64,000 bases of DNA from Octopus bimaculoides (lineage: Eukaryota). How positions within the stretch are numbered: the stretch's first letter is position 1; each line of letters begins with the position of its first letter. The DNA lies in the NCBI RefSeq assembly GCF_001194135.2, contig NC_068994.1, positions 34,600,874 through 34,664,873 on the forward strand. The letters are read 5' to 3'. Positions 1 through 13,197 of this stretch are shown here, piece after piece. Made by a program: the position numbers and the translations under genes. The notes below the pieces were generated by a model. That model saw nothing but the letters and a program-made list of their open reading frames with translations. It was not told where the DNA came from and searched no databases.

Positions 1-346
1 TATATATGCATATATATTTATGCATGCATCTACACCAGATATACATATCGTATATATGTGTGCATTTTTGAGTGTATATGTTTGTGTGTGTATATATATA
101 TATATACAAATTTAGTAAATGGAGTAAAATGCATATGTTAAATGAATTCATTTAACACATGCGTTTTACTCCATTTACTAAATTTGTATATTTACTCAAG
201 TACCCAAAATAACAAGGAGTTTCTACCTCATAAACAGGAGTTACACCACAGTCATTTTGTGATCTTTGCTACCCTAGTATCTATTAACCAATTTATTTTG
301 TCGGAGTTAATTATTAACTTAGAGAAAATAAATACATATAATGATG

Positions 347-389
<43 letters not shown>

Positions 390-870
390 GTACGTATGTA
401 TACATATTTTTGCATTTATTCATTTAGTATTTGTTGTACATTCTTTAAGTATGATAAAGTTATCTGAATAGAGATAAAGATATGTTTTGAAGCTTTACTT
501 TATGCTTTATTCTGATTGTTGAGCCCCAGGTCAGCCCTGATTAAGTAGATTAAAGACATTCTAGTCAAGACCTTTCCATGGGATTTTGTTTTGGTGGGTG
601 TTTTTATATATCTAAGACTGTATTGCTTGATCTGTTCTTGTTATTTTCATTTTTCTTTTTTAATTGATGATAGTAAAGTGTTATTTGGTTGCTATTTCTA
701 GCAGGTTGAGTAAGTATGTTAAGGTTGTCTCAGTGAGTCATGTTTAGATGCAGAGAGGACACCAATGGTCTGGAACATTTTGTAATCCACAATAATTTAC
801 AAGCAGGAACTTCAAATTCCTGTGGCCATGAGACTAGATTATTTGAACAAGACAGCATTCATCCTTACTA

Positions 871-1076
871 CTATAGGCACAAGGCCCAACATTCTGAGGG
901 GAGGGGATAAGTTGATTATATAAACTCCAGTGCTCAACTGGTGCTTATTTCATTGACTCCAAAATGATGAAAGATAATGTCGACCTCAGCAGAATTTGAA
1001 CTCAGAATGTATAGACAGATGAAATGTCACTAAGCATTTTGTCCATCATGCTAACAATTCTGTTAGCTCACTGCTC
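871..1076 (-). mobile_element. tRNA-derived SINE, local family A
   Basis: Reverse complement of GAGCT..CAGAA..GTTAGC...TTCTGAGTTCAAATTC..GAGGTCGAC..TCTTTCATC; homologous to 36809-37007 and 40534-40743. Confidence 0.75.
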
Positions 1077-3161
1077 TTACAGTACAGTAAAAATAAGCTT
1101 GTATCATTTACACTAATGTATAAGTGCCTGTAATTCATTTAAATATTCAAATAAATTTAATATTTGTTTGATTAAAATTGTGTTGACAAAGGTGATCCTC
1201 TCTGTTTCAGAAAAACCAGTAATGCCAGAAATGCTTTTGTAAGTGAAGCTTCCAGAAAATCAACATTGCATCTGTATATTGTTGCAATGGCTTGCATTAA
1301 AATTTATTACAACTTTGCTACTTTAAAGCTTTGATTGTGTAACCCTCCCTCCCAGGACAGCCTCAATCAAGCAGACTTATGTTGTTTCAAAGATGTAATT
1401 TTATTATGTAGTTATGCATAATGGGTTGTGGAAAGGAGCTATAAGAATTAGAACCATTGTTATTTGTGTTTCACTGGTTTAGGAAATGTTAAATGGTGAG
1501 GAAAGGGGTATTTTTCTTTTCTGTTTTACATTTTCCGCTTCTCTCTCTGCCTTTTTTTTACATTGATTTTTTTTGCCAAGGGATTCTCTTGTCTTTCATT
1601 TTTAAAAGATTTTTATTCCTTTTTTGTGCACTTTTACTGTTTCAATACTGTTGATATTATTATTATTATTATTATTATTAGCAAAATTGTTATTGTTATT
1701 ATTATTATCATTATTATTTTGCTTCTAACTTGTAAAGATGGCATATCAATAGCATAGCACCAATGAATATTGGGAGAGGTGATGATGATAAGAAGGCAAT
1801 GAGGATGATATGAAGGCGATGATGGTGCAGATAACGATGGTGTTGATGATGACAACAACAACAATAATAATTTATCATAATAATAATAATAATAATAGCT
1901 TGAAATGGATGCCATATGTTATTTATAAAGGGAATAGATAAATGGAAAGTTATGATTTTCATGCCTTTCTTTAATAAGGGCATTAATCATGAACTGGGAC
2001 CTGAAGATTGGGTGACACTTGGGCTACAAATTCAGTTTAATAAGAACTTAACCAGCCAACCAGTGGCATTCTATGAAGGCTATAGATTTTCCTTTATATA
2101 AGGTTAATACTTATATTTCAAAGATGCAGGATAAAGCTGATAGAATCAGCATCTGCAACAAACTAGTACCAGTAATATACTGGTTCCAGTATATAAATGG
2201 TACTAATCTCACTGGTTTTGAAGTGTGGGCAGGTAGGAGGGGGTGTCGAAAGGCAAATTTCAATTGCGGCAGGAGTGGACTATAGATTAACGAAGTTTAG
2301 AACCAGTTGCAGTGAAGCATCCAGCTTTTGGCATTTTTTCCATCTCAAGCTATTGTTGTCATACAAACTATATTGATAACGATGATATTGATGATGATGA
2401 TACCAATATAGATAATAATATGAAAAGATAACACATACATATATATATGGTTAAGCTTTGAATATTATTTCAGCCATTTAAAATATTTTTTCCCTCTTCT
2501 TTTCCTTCTTTTTCTTCTTCTTCAAAAAAAAATCAGAACATTGCTGCGCAACAAGTGTTGATAATGCCATTATGCATGTGCATTTGTTTTTTTGCTTTTA
2601 AATTTTAAACTATAATTTATTATCAGTGATTATATTTCTTTGGCAGAGCAGGGTGGAAAAATAGCATGTATAGTGTAATGGGGCAAGGGATTTAAAAAAA
2701 AACAAAAAAGAAAAAAATGTAGTAGCATTTTGGTTCAAGTTTGTTCAGTGAGAACTTGGTTTAGTTTAGTTTGGTAACAAAAAGCTTTCATCTCAAATTC
2801 TTCTGTTTCATTGCCTTTTAAATTCATTTTTGTTATTTGAATTAATTTTTTGTGGGGAGGCTCTTTTTAGGGACAACTTCTGGGAAAATGGTACTGGCAG
2901 ACCACATTTTTCTTTTGTTGATATTTTTTCTTATCATTATTTGTTTATTTCTTCCTTTTATATCATTTTGTCCTTTTAAAAAAATTTTAAGATTTATATT
3001 TTAAAATTTTTCATTAAGTTTATTTATTATGACTATCATTTCTTTCTCGTAGTCCCTTGTTATCTTGACTCTTCTGGCCAATAAAACATTCATTATTGTA
3101 ATAATTATTATTAATTTTATGTATTATCAGCATTATTATTATTATTAGTAGTAGTAGTATT

Positions 3162-3442
3162 TTATGCATATGGTAGTTTGGGTAGAGCTGGAAGTGGTTT
3201 GGCATAAGATGTGAAACTATTCCTCATCGGTAGGTTCCAAGGCTGTGATGGTATAGTGGAACCACTGCTACCTACTCGAATAGATTTTAGATCGATGATG
3301 TCGGTGCAAGGTGTGCCCTGCCCCACATTGGACTGGTAGATAAGTTTGGGGGTGGCACTAGGGTCTTTAAATCTACCGAGGGATTTTGATAAGGCTTTGC
3401 CATCTGTAGTTTGAACTGCCTTCGGTTGGTAGGATATGATAC
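3162..3442 (-). CDS. Pcdh: Protocadherin terminal coding exon 3 (281 nt incl. TAA; ends QPWNLPMRNSFTSYAKPLPALPKLPYA*)
   Basis: Strong acceptor TTCTCTTTTTTTTTTTCTTTTGTCCAG|GT in phase 1. Exons total 2400+133+281 = 2814 nt = 937 aa + stop. The QPWNLPMRNSF..KPLP motif is what I recall from octopus protocadherin C-termini. Confidence 0.85.
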
Positions 3443-4779
3443 CTGGACAAAAGAAAAAAAAAAAGAGAATTCTAATGAGGTACATTCATTTACAAATGAG
3501 GCCATTTTAGTGTGGTGCTGATAGAATTAGTTAAATGAGGTGTGCAGTGTAAGCATTTCTACCATGATACTGGCCCATGGGGCTTATTTTCCTCCCTGAG
3601 GAAGAATGGAACTCTGCAAACAATACGAACTAATGAAATAATCATTGATTAAGTACAGTGCAGTACCTAATTATGCAGAGCTCCACCTGCCTGTCTGTGG
3701 TGCATATTTAGAGCTAAGTGGACTGAGGTCAGGGTGGTTTAAGTGTCTTTGGCTATGGACAACAACAGCACATTGCATGTGACAAGATATGACCTATCAG
3801 CAATTGGTTCATTTATCCAAAACACTATCAACTCAGCCAGATGTGACACTTTATAAAATGAATGCAACAAAACATACATTGAGAAAGATTTAAAATAGAT
3901 GGAAAAAAAAAAAGACTTAAATAAACAAAAATAAATACATATATAAGCAAGTAAACAAACAATCGAATAAATACAATACAAATAAAATAACCAAAAGACA
4001 TCCTTTGAACAAAAGCTTTCACTGAATAATAAAAAGAGAAAAAGAAAACAGTAATTTATTTTTCTAATTTGGCAAGTTTTTACCTGTGGGTCTATATTTT
4101 CAAGATAAGTTACTGTGAACATAATTTAGGCACACCAAACTATTAAACACAAATATTGTGTTCCTATCCACACTGGTTTTCATTCAGTCTCTTCAGTGAC
4201 AATCTTCAGGCATTATTTTTCAAATACATACATACAAATATATATATATATATAGATATGAAGCATTTGAATTGTATCAACATAATGTAATAAAGGTGTT
4301 TCCCTGAAGAACTGTTCTGGACCTGCTGAGGATGCAAACAGCCACACTGGTGAAAATGTATAGGGAACAAATAGTATAGACTGCATCTTGTATTTATCAT
4401 ACATATCCATACATATGTATATATATAAAACCATAGTCAGTATTTGCAAGAAAGTGTGACTTGATTACATGTTCCACACTTTTGCTAATTACTCTTGGTA
4501 TCTATGTAACTTAAAGAAGACATAGACACTCTCTAAGCCTTTCTGCCACCATTGACTCAATGGTAGCAAGATGAAGAGAGGTCTGCACTACCAAGTCAGG
4601 TGGTACTCATTTTCAGCTGATAGGAAATAAATGCCTTGCCCACAGACACAGGTAAGACACAATGTGCTATCTGGTCCAAGACACAAACCTACAACCTCAT
4701 GATCCTGAGGTTGACATCCTATACCTTCACACACATGCATGTAGGCACACACATATATATGAGTATATGTAACTCTGTA

Positions 4780-4814
<35 letters not shown>

Positions 4815-5509
4815 NNNNNNNNNNNNNNNNNNNNNNNNNNNNNNNNNNNNNNNNNNNNNNNNNNNNNNNNNNNNNNNNNNNNNNNNNNNNNNNNNNNNNN
4901 NNNNNNNNNNNNNNNNNNNNNNNNNNNNNNNNNNNNNNNNNNNNNNNNNNNNNNNNNNNNNNNNNNNNNNNNNNNNNNNNNNNNNNNNNNNNNNNNNNNN
5001 NNNNNNNNNNNNNNNNNNNNNNNNNNNNNNNNNNNNNNNNNNNNNNNNNNNNNNNNNNNNNNNNNNNNNNNNNNNNNNNNNNNNNNNNNNNNNNNNNNNN
5101 NNNNNNNNNNNNNNNNNNNNNNNNNNNNNNNNNNNNNNNNNNNNNNNNNNNNNNNNNNNNNNNNNNNNNNNNNNNNNNNNNNNNNNNNNNNNNNNNNNNN
5201 NNNNNNNNNNNNNNNNNNNNNNNNNNNNNNNNNNNNNNNNNNNNNNNNNNNNNNNNNNNNNNNNNNNNNNNNNNNNNNNNNNNNNNNNNNNNNNNNNNNN
5301 NNNNNNNNNNNNNNNNNNNNNNNNNNNNNNNNNNNNNNNNNNNNNNNNNNNNNNNNNNNNNNNNNNNNNNNNNNNNNNNNNNNNNNNNNNNNNNNNNNNN
5401 NNNNNNNNNNNNNNNNNNNNNNNNNNNNNNNNNNNNNNNNNNNNNNNNNNNNNNNNNNNNNNNNNNNNNNNNNNNNNNNNNNNNNNNNNNNNNNNNNNNN
5501 NNNNNNNNN

Positions 5510-5551
<42 letters not shown>

Positions 5552-6296
5552 ATAATATGATATGTATATGTTGTTTTGTCAATGCATATGTGTGTACATA
5601 TATATATGCATTCTAATGTAAAAGCATATTTATATATTTCACAAAAGCTGATTGTGGTGTAGACTCTGGAATACATGTCTTATTATTAATTATTAGTAAA
5701 CACTGAAGAAGTGAATTAATATTATATAAGGTTTCAACAAACAATTATGTATTCTGGCAGTAATCTAACGAAACACGTGTATGCTTTCATAAAGCATTAA
5801 CTACCTTCTATGTTTTCTGATTTTATTAATACCATTATTACATGGCTCATACTCCACACACTAGCCTCTCCCATAGTTTGACACCTCACCTTGTACTGCA
5901 ATGGATATAGGAATGGAGTGCACAAACTACTACCAAGTCCAAACTTTGGTTTATGTATGTGTGCGTGCATGTGCATGCATAAGCATTGTTTGACTGCACT
6001 TGATCAACAAATGAAATTTGACCTGTCTGTGTGTCAGGCCTTAAGCAAGTGTTTAGTGGTAGAGTCAAAGTCATTGTTGTCATAAAAAGTACCTTGATAT
6101 GCAGAAATGTTGAATATCAGAGATCAGATCGTAAATATAGTGCGAAAGATTTTCTATATCTAATATATTGTATTATTACTATTATTATTATTATTACTAC
6201 AAAATAGTAATATAAGAGAATATAACAGTTTATGCACATTTTAGATCTGCAATGACTCTACCATGATGCATATATATATATGTGTGTGTGTGTATT

Positions 6297-6349
<53 letters not shown>

Positions 6350-6495
6350 TACATATACCTAAACTGAACTTGAAACTTCCATTTTTAATGCAGTGTTTTA
6401 TCAACTGTCTTATCATCTGCCATGCTACAGTCTCGTAGAAAGAGATACTGAAATAAGTTTTAAATATCATAAAGTTTAACACGTACCTGTCGTAC

Positions 6496-6570
6496 GGGGC
6501 TGCAGCAGAGTGGATAAGAGCGTTGAAACCCTGCGTTAGAAACAAAGGGTTAGAGTTCAATCCTAGCCGA
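6496..6570 (+). pseudogene. Solo tRNA-like sequence (tRNA pseudogene or isolated SINE head)
   Basis: GGGGCTGCAGCAGAGTGGATAAGAGCG (A-box-like) and GGTTAG-AGTTCAATC-CTAGCC (B-box in a T-arm-like stem). No clean cloverleaf and no SINE body follows. Confidence 0.45.
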
Positions 6571-8003
6571 AGGAATATAATTTTTTTATATATATGTAGT
6601 ACCTAAAGGTGATTGAAGACTAGACTGATTGTAATATAATATAGATAGAAATATGCTCACACACACAATAAAAAAGATGTGGTTTATAGTTTTAATGTCC
6701 CAAAATTAGTCCACACTATCCTACCTGCAATAACAATTTATGGGAGGCGGGAAGCATATAGAAAAAATATTCGGAAGTGTAGAATCCATATCATTGTTAA
6801 GAGTATTGTGTCATTCTACAAGCGATTGGATATTTAGTTGAGGTTTTGAACGTAATACTTAATTCTTGTGACACATGTAGACACAAAGAAACAAAAATAG
6901 AGAAACATGAAGATNNNNNNNNNNTATATATATATATATATATATACACATATATGGTGTACAGTTCTTTACAATATGATTCATTGTGTAATATTCCAAA
7001 ACAATGGGATAACATTTATACTGCTATGGTGTATCACATTGCATGAAAAGCAATATTGAATGTGTGAGTGTGTTACCGTATTGAGCAGATGATCAAATGT
7101 TGGTATACACTGCTGGTCACAATGCACTTCCTTGCATTGCTGTAGCTTTCAAATGATGCCACTCCCCACTGGCTAGGCAGGCAGGCCTATGGCATACAAG
7201 TGACCGAGATCATGACAAGGAACAAGGAAACAAGTATATCACATGGTCACTCATTTACAGCTAAGTGGATTGGAGCAACTTGAAGTATCGTGTGATATTA
7301 AATAAGATTAAAAAGTGTTAAAATCTCAGAGCCTTTTGGGTAGCAATCTTATATGAACAGTAATAGTAAAACAGAGTAATACTAAAACAGGTGCTGCAGT
7401 AATGGAATGTCAGATAGACAGATAAGAAATAAAAACTTCCTTCAGTCATGTTAGATGGACAGAAAATATTACTCTTATTGTTGTTGTTTAGTTCCAGGCC
7501 ATCTCTGATTGAATTGATCTATAAGCAAAAGAATTTCACTTGTGACCAATCATAATGTATTTAAAGTTATGTAATCTTAAATGTTCTTCATTTCTTAAAA
7601 CTATAGTGTGATTTGAGTGATATTTAACAGCTATTTCTAATAGATCCCTGTTGTATTGTTGTAAATTATTTGGCTAAACTGTACAAGGCCCTACCCCAGC
7701 ATGGCTGCAGTGAAATGATTGAAAAAGGGAAAAACAGCAACATTTTTATATATGTGTGTTTGTGTCTCCTTGTCAAGCCATGATCAGAGAGATGTAAATA
7801 AGTGTCACCATCATACAACCCGTGTCTATTGTTTCCAATCTTCCATAATAATATGTGCAGCCAGTGGAGAAATAATTATTAACTTGCTTGGAAACAGCTG
7901 AAGGTTAGTAACCAGAAAGGCCATTGGCTATAGAAAATCTATCTTACAAAATTTTGTCTGACCCATGCAAGCATGGAAAAAGGGACATTGAAATGATAAT
8001 GGC

Positions 8004-8034
<31 letters not shown>

Positions 8035-8274
8035 TTTGCATACATATATATGCACATGTGTGTATATGTATAGTATATGCACATGTATATGCATACATAT
8101 ATATATATGCATGTATACTTATATATATTCTATATATACACACACACATGCATATCTACTTATATATTCTATATATACACACACACATGCATATCTACTT
8201 ATATATTCTATATATAAGCAGATAAGCATATGTATATATATATATATATAGATCTCTTGAGATTTCATGACTAG

Positions 8275-10035
8275 CTATTTTGCTCACATATATATTGTGA
8301 GCAAAATAGTATTGGCCCAGGCCATGACTAACTTGATAGCACCACCTGGCAAAGTCATTCAAATCAGAAATCGAACAACACGGTCTGCTCAAATAGAGAG
8401 TTATTGTTTATGGAGACATATCCAAGCGTAAGGGGTTTATCCGAGATTTTTGAAGGAATTTGTCCAAAGACTTCTTGAACTGTATGGAGTCTGTCTCTGC
8501 TTTAATGCATTTTGGTGTAATGTTAAAGAGAGCAGGTCAGTTGAGGTCAAATAATTGTTATGTTATGCGAGTATGGTTTTTGTTGTGGATGGATAGCATG
8601 GGGCCTAATAAGTCTTGGGTGTATCTTAAAGGCAATGCCAAAATCATATGAGCAATGCTGATAGAATATTTTCCACATCATGCATATGATGTAGCACTCA
8701 CAGTGGCATTGGAGAGGAAAAAGCTTGAGCTTTTCTAGTTGACCCCAATAATCAAGGCCTGTCATGCCATCTATCTTTTTTTGTAATTGACCTTTGAGGT
8801 GCTTCAATTTTCATGATACTTTGTTTCATGTGGGGAGACCACAGTGGACAAGAGTATTCAAGGTGGGGTTGGGCAAAAATGAAGAAGAGAAAGATAATGG
8901 TGTGGATATCTCTTGACTGGAAAGTTCTGAGAATCCAGGAACACATTCAGTGGGCCGTGCCAATTTTGCTGTTTATATGAACGGCCCAGCTTATGTTGTC
9001 CACAATTACTCCCAAGCCTCTGATATTGTTGGATACCACGAGTGTTTCACCTGAAGGAAGGGAGTATGGGAGTTTCAGGGCATCCTCTTTTCCAAAGTGT
9101 AATAACTCAAATATGTCCTCGTTCAGTAGCATATAATTCTTTTCTGCCCATTGGATGACAGCCAATAGATCTGACTGGAGGCATTCCCAGTCACCCACTT
9201 CGTTGACGACCTTTTGGATCTTGGAATCATCTGCAAAGATTCTTATGTTACTGTGCTTGATGATGTCAGTAATGTCATCGATGATGAAAAGAAGTGGGCC
9301 CAACACAGTGCCTTGTGGAACATTGCTACTGAGTTTGACTGGGCTTGATTTTACTCCTTCAACTACAAGGTGTTGGGTTCTGCCTGTAGTAATTTTCCAG
9401 AGACACCAATGTTGGATAGCTTTTTCAAGGGGATCTTATGATCCACCCTGTCAAAGGCCTGTCGAAATCAAGGTTGATGACATCAGTATTTAAGCCCTCT
9501 CCCAAAGCTCTCAAAATGTCATCAAGGTGATGCAGGAGCTGCATTAGGCAGTTCTTTCCATTACAGAATCTCTGTTGGTTGGTGTTCAGCAGTCTGTTGC
9601 TCTCAAGAAAGTGGGTTATCCATGATCTCACCACCCTCTCAAATACCTTGATGAAATGAGAGGTGAGCAAAATTGGCTAGTAGTTCACTGCAAGGGACTT
9701 GTTTTTTTTTTTTGAAAACTGGGACAACAGACTGGGACAGAAAGTTCTCAGGAATATAACAAGCATCCAGTGAATTCCTCCACAGATTAGCAAGAGGAGA
9801 TACAAGTTGGTGTCAACACACCTTCGCGACACAAACAGGGAATTGTATTTAATTTTGTTTATTGCCACTAAGACATCTGGGGCACCAAACGTTATGTTCG
9901 ATATAGTGTGTTGAGGTTTAACATCACTGCCACAATCCAGATCAGCCATATCAAGATTGCTAAAAACAGATCAGTACTCACTCATGGTTTACACATTATC
10001 TTGGAGGTTGCCATTTTCATCAATTAGAGGGCCAA
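8275..10035 (-). mobile_element. 5'-truncated, frameshifted CR1-group (CR1/L2-like) LINE: RT domain, C-terminal region and 3' end
   Basis: Fragments in changing frames: NY..LTSHFIKVFER, NVPQGTVLGPLLF, catalytic FADD, PHLEYSCPLWSP, DYWGQLEKLKL, and IPDKP..GY..NNSL at the end. Multiple stops and frameshifts. Confidence 0.9.
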
Positions 10036-10109
10036 CAGTGGAGACAGTGACCTTATACTTTGGGGTTACGATCATGAGCTGAATGCCCTAACCACTAAGC
10101 TTCATGCCT

Positions 10110-10337
10110 TCACACACACATACACACACACACACACACACACATATATACACATATATATGTACGTACGTATATGTCCATGTATGTATATATGTCTATA
10201 TATATATATCTATGTATGTATATATATATGTATGTATAGTCTATAAGTGTATATATATATATATGTATGTATATGTCTATATATATATATATATATATGT
10301 ATATGTCTATGTAAATATATATATATATATATATATA

Positions 10338-10428
<91 letters not shown>

Positions 10429-10539
10429 GTCTATATGTATACATATATGTATATGTATATATATACATATATATGTATGTCTATATATATGCATATATAT
10501 ATGTACATGTCTATATATATGCATATATATATGTACATG

Positions 10540-10599
<60 letters not shown>

Positions 10600-10641
10600 T
10601 ATGTCTCTCTCTGTCTCTGTCTATCTATCTATCTATATATA
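10110..10641. repeat. Compound (CA)n/(TA)n/(TATG)n/(CT)n/(TG)n microsatellite block
   Basis: Directly visible; the source of the YIYI/CVCV pseudo-ORFs. Confidence 0.95.
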
Positions 10642-10783
10642 NNNNNNNNNNNNNNNNNNNNNNNNNNNNNNNNNNNNNNNNNNNNNNNNNNNNNNNNNNN
10701 NNNNNNNNNNNNNNNNNNNNNNNNNNNNNNNNNNNNNNNNNNNNNNNNNNNNNNNNNNNNNNNNNNNNNNNNNNNNNNNNNNN

Positions 10784-10818
<35 letters not shown>

Positions 10819-11199
10819 TTATATGCATGAATACATGTATATGTCTTGATAGAAATATGTATGTGCATATGATTATATATGTGTCTATCTACACCTGTGT
10901 GTCTGCCTGTCATTCCCTCCCCTTCTCTCTCTGTATTTATATAGATGTAGATATATAGATATGCACCCACACATGTGCACAATGAGTTTGTAATGTGCTT
11001 ACAATCTAGAACAGTGCTAACAGAGGATGTTAGTGTATGAAACAACTAAATTTTACACTATACATGCTTTGTCTTTTCTCTTTGGTTAATCATCTTAATT
11101 CAGTGACAGCTTACATTTATGCTTGTCTATTCCATTACACACAACAACTGATTAATACTATATGCTATAGGGATATATATAGTATGATATACATGCTTA

Positions 11200-11233
<34 letters not shown>

Positions 11234-11957
11234 TGTGTGTGTGTATATATATCTATATATGTGTATATAATATACATGTATAATGTGCATATGCACATAT
11301 GAATATCTATCTACCTATATATANNNNNNNNNNNNNNNNNNNNNNNNNNNNNNNNNNNNNNNNNNNNNNNNNNNNNNNNNNNNNNNNNNNNNNNNNNNNN
11401 NNNNNNNNNNNNNNNNNNNNNNNNNNNNNNNNNNNNNNNNNNNNNNNNNNNNNNNNNNNNNNNNNNNNNNNNNNNNNNNNNNNNNNNNNNNNNNNNNNNN
11501 NNNNNNNNNNNNNNNNNNNNNNNNNNNNNNNNNNNNNNNNNNNNNNNNNNNNNNNNNNNNNNNNNNNNNNNNNNNNNNNNNNNNNNNNNNNNNNNNNNNN
11601 NNNNNNNNNNNNNNNNNNNNNNNNNNNNNNNNNNNNNNNNNNNNNNNNNNNNNNNNNNNNNNNNNNNNNNNNNNNNNNNNNNNNNNNNNNNNNNNNNNNN
11701 NNNNNNNNNNNNNNNNNNNNNNNNNNNNNNNNNNNNNNNNNNNNNNNNNNNNNNNNNNNNNNNNNNNNNNNNNNNNNNNNNNNNNNNNNNNNNNNNNNNN
11801 NNNNNNNNNNNNNNNNNNNNNNNNNNNNNNNNNNNNNNNNGATTTATGGAACAGTGCACTTCCTGGCTCTAATGCACCCAGAGATGGAAGAAAAAAGAAA
11901 ACGATGACTGTAATAGAGCTGGAGGGAAATGAGGACAAGAAGAGAAAGAAAGAATTT

Positions 11958-11981
11958 TAGACAGACAGACAGACAGACAGC

Positions 11982-12017
<36 letters not shown>

Positions 12018-12018
12018 G

Positions 12019-12064
<46 letters not shown>

Positions 12065-12112
12065 GTAGATAGAGAGAGATATAGATAGAGATATAGATAG
12101 ATAGACAGACAC
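11958..12112. repeat. (GACA)n/(GATA)n microsatellite
   Basis: Directly visible; similar tracts at ~15980-16024 and 18281-18310. Confidence 0.95.
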
Positions 12113-12871
12113 AGAGTTTGAAAGCAAAGGAGAGAGGGAGCTAACTAACAATGGTTGAAAGACCTTATGAGAGTTGATGAGGGATAAAAAGACTGAAAAT
12201 AAGAGTGTCAGCAAGGACTTAGTTAGAGAAGGAGGAAAAGAGTGCTCATGTACATAGAATGATTGAAGGTACATTAGAAGAGAAGGTGAGAGAGGGAAGA
12301 ATGAAAGAGAAGAAAAAGGAGAGAATAGAAAGATGGGAGAGAAAAATGTGTGTGTGTGTGTGTGGGTGTGAAGATGGTTTGAGAGAGCGTAGAAGAAACA
12401 GGTAGAAGAGTGATTGAAGGATATTGGGGTGGATATTGTTGATGGTCACACTGATGATAATGGCAACAGTAATCACCATAAAATTAAATGAAAATGATGA
12501 GGGGCAAGATGGCTGATGACTTTATTATTGTTATGAAGATGATGATGACAGGCAATAAATGATGTCTCTATGATATGATGTAACGATGACGATGGTAAAG
12601 ACTGATGTGATATCAGACTATGAACAAAACAAGATAGATGTGGTATGACGATGATGATAAAGACAATGAGATAGATACATCATAAGAAGAATGATAAGAT
12701 AACCAGAGAGGGACAAAGAGGATAAGATAACTATGATGAGATAATGATGATGACATGATGGATACACTGTGATAAGGACACAATACACACAATGTGACAA
12801 TGATGATGATGATGATGACATAATGGAGACAAGGTGATAGTGATAATAATATGACTACAGTGTGATGGCGA

Positions 12872-13197
12872 TGATACAATAGGCACAATTTGCCAATGAG
12901 GATGATGACATAACAAAGACAAGTCGACAATGATGATGACACGATAGGCACAATTTGCCAATGAGGATGATGACATAACAGAGACAAGTTGACAATGATG
13001 ATGACACAATAGGCACAATTTGCCAATGAGGATGATGACATAACAGAGACAAGTTGACAATGATGATGACACAATAGGCACAATTTGCCAATTAGGATGA
13101 TGACATAACAGAGGCAAGTTGACAATGATGATGACACAATAGGCACAATTTGCCAATTAGGATGATGACATAACAGAGACAAGTTGACAATGATGAG
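12872..13197. repeat. 65-bp minisatellite, 5 copies
   Basis: AGGCACAATTTGCCAAT recurs at 12881, 12946, 13011, 13076 and 13141; unit GATGATGACACAATAGGCACAATTTGCCAATGAGGATGATGACATAACAGAGACAAGTTGACAAT. Confidence 0.95.

Noticed and set aside
3019-3028. AATAAA hexamers ~140 nt after the protocadherin stop
   Set aside because: The hexamer is too frequent in this AT-rich 3' region to define the transcript end without 3'-end data.
3210-3230. MRNSF as a WIRS (WAVE-binding) motif
   Set aside because: WIRS needs a bulky hydrophobic residue two positions before S/T-F; here it is Arg.
12613-13182. Repetitive Cys/His-rich ORFs resembling zinc fingers or metallothionein
   Set aside because: They are translations of the 65-bp minisatellite (unit not a multiple of 3) with no C2H2 spacing.
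12872-13197. Regularly spaced repeats suggestive of a CRISPR array
   Set aside because: They are contiguous tandem units without unique spacers, in a eukaryotic intron with no cas genes.
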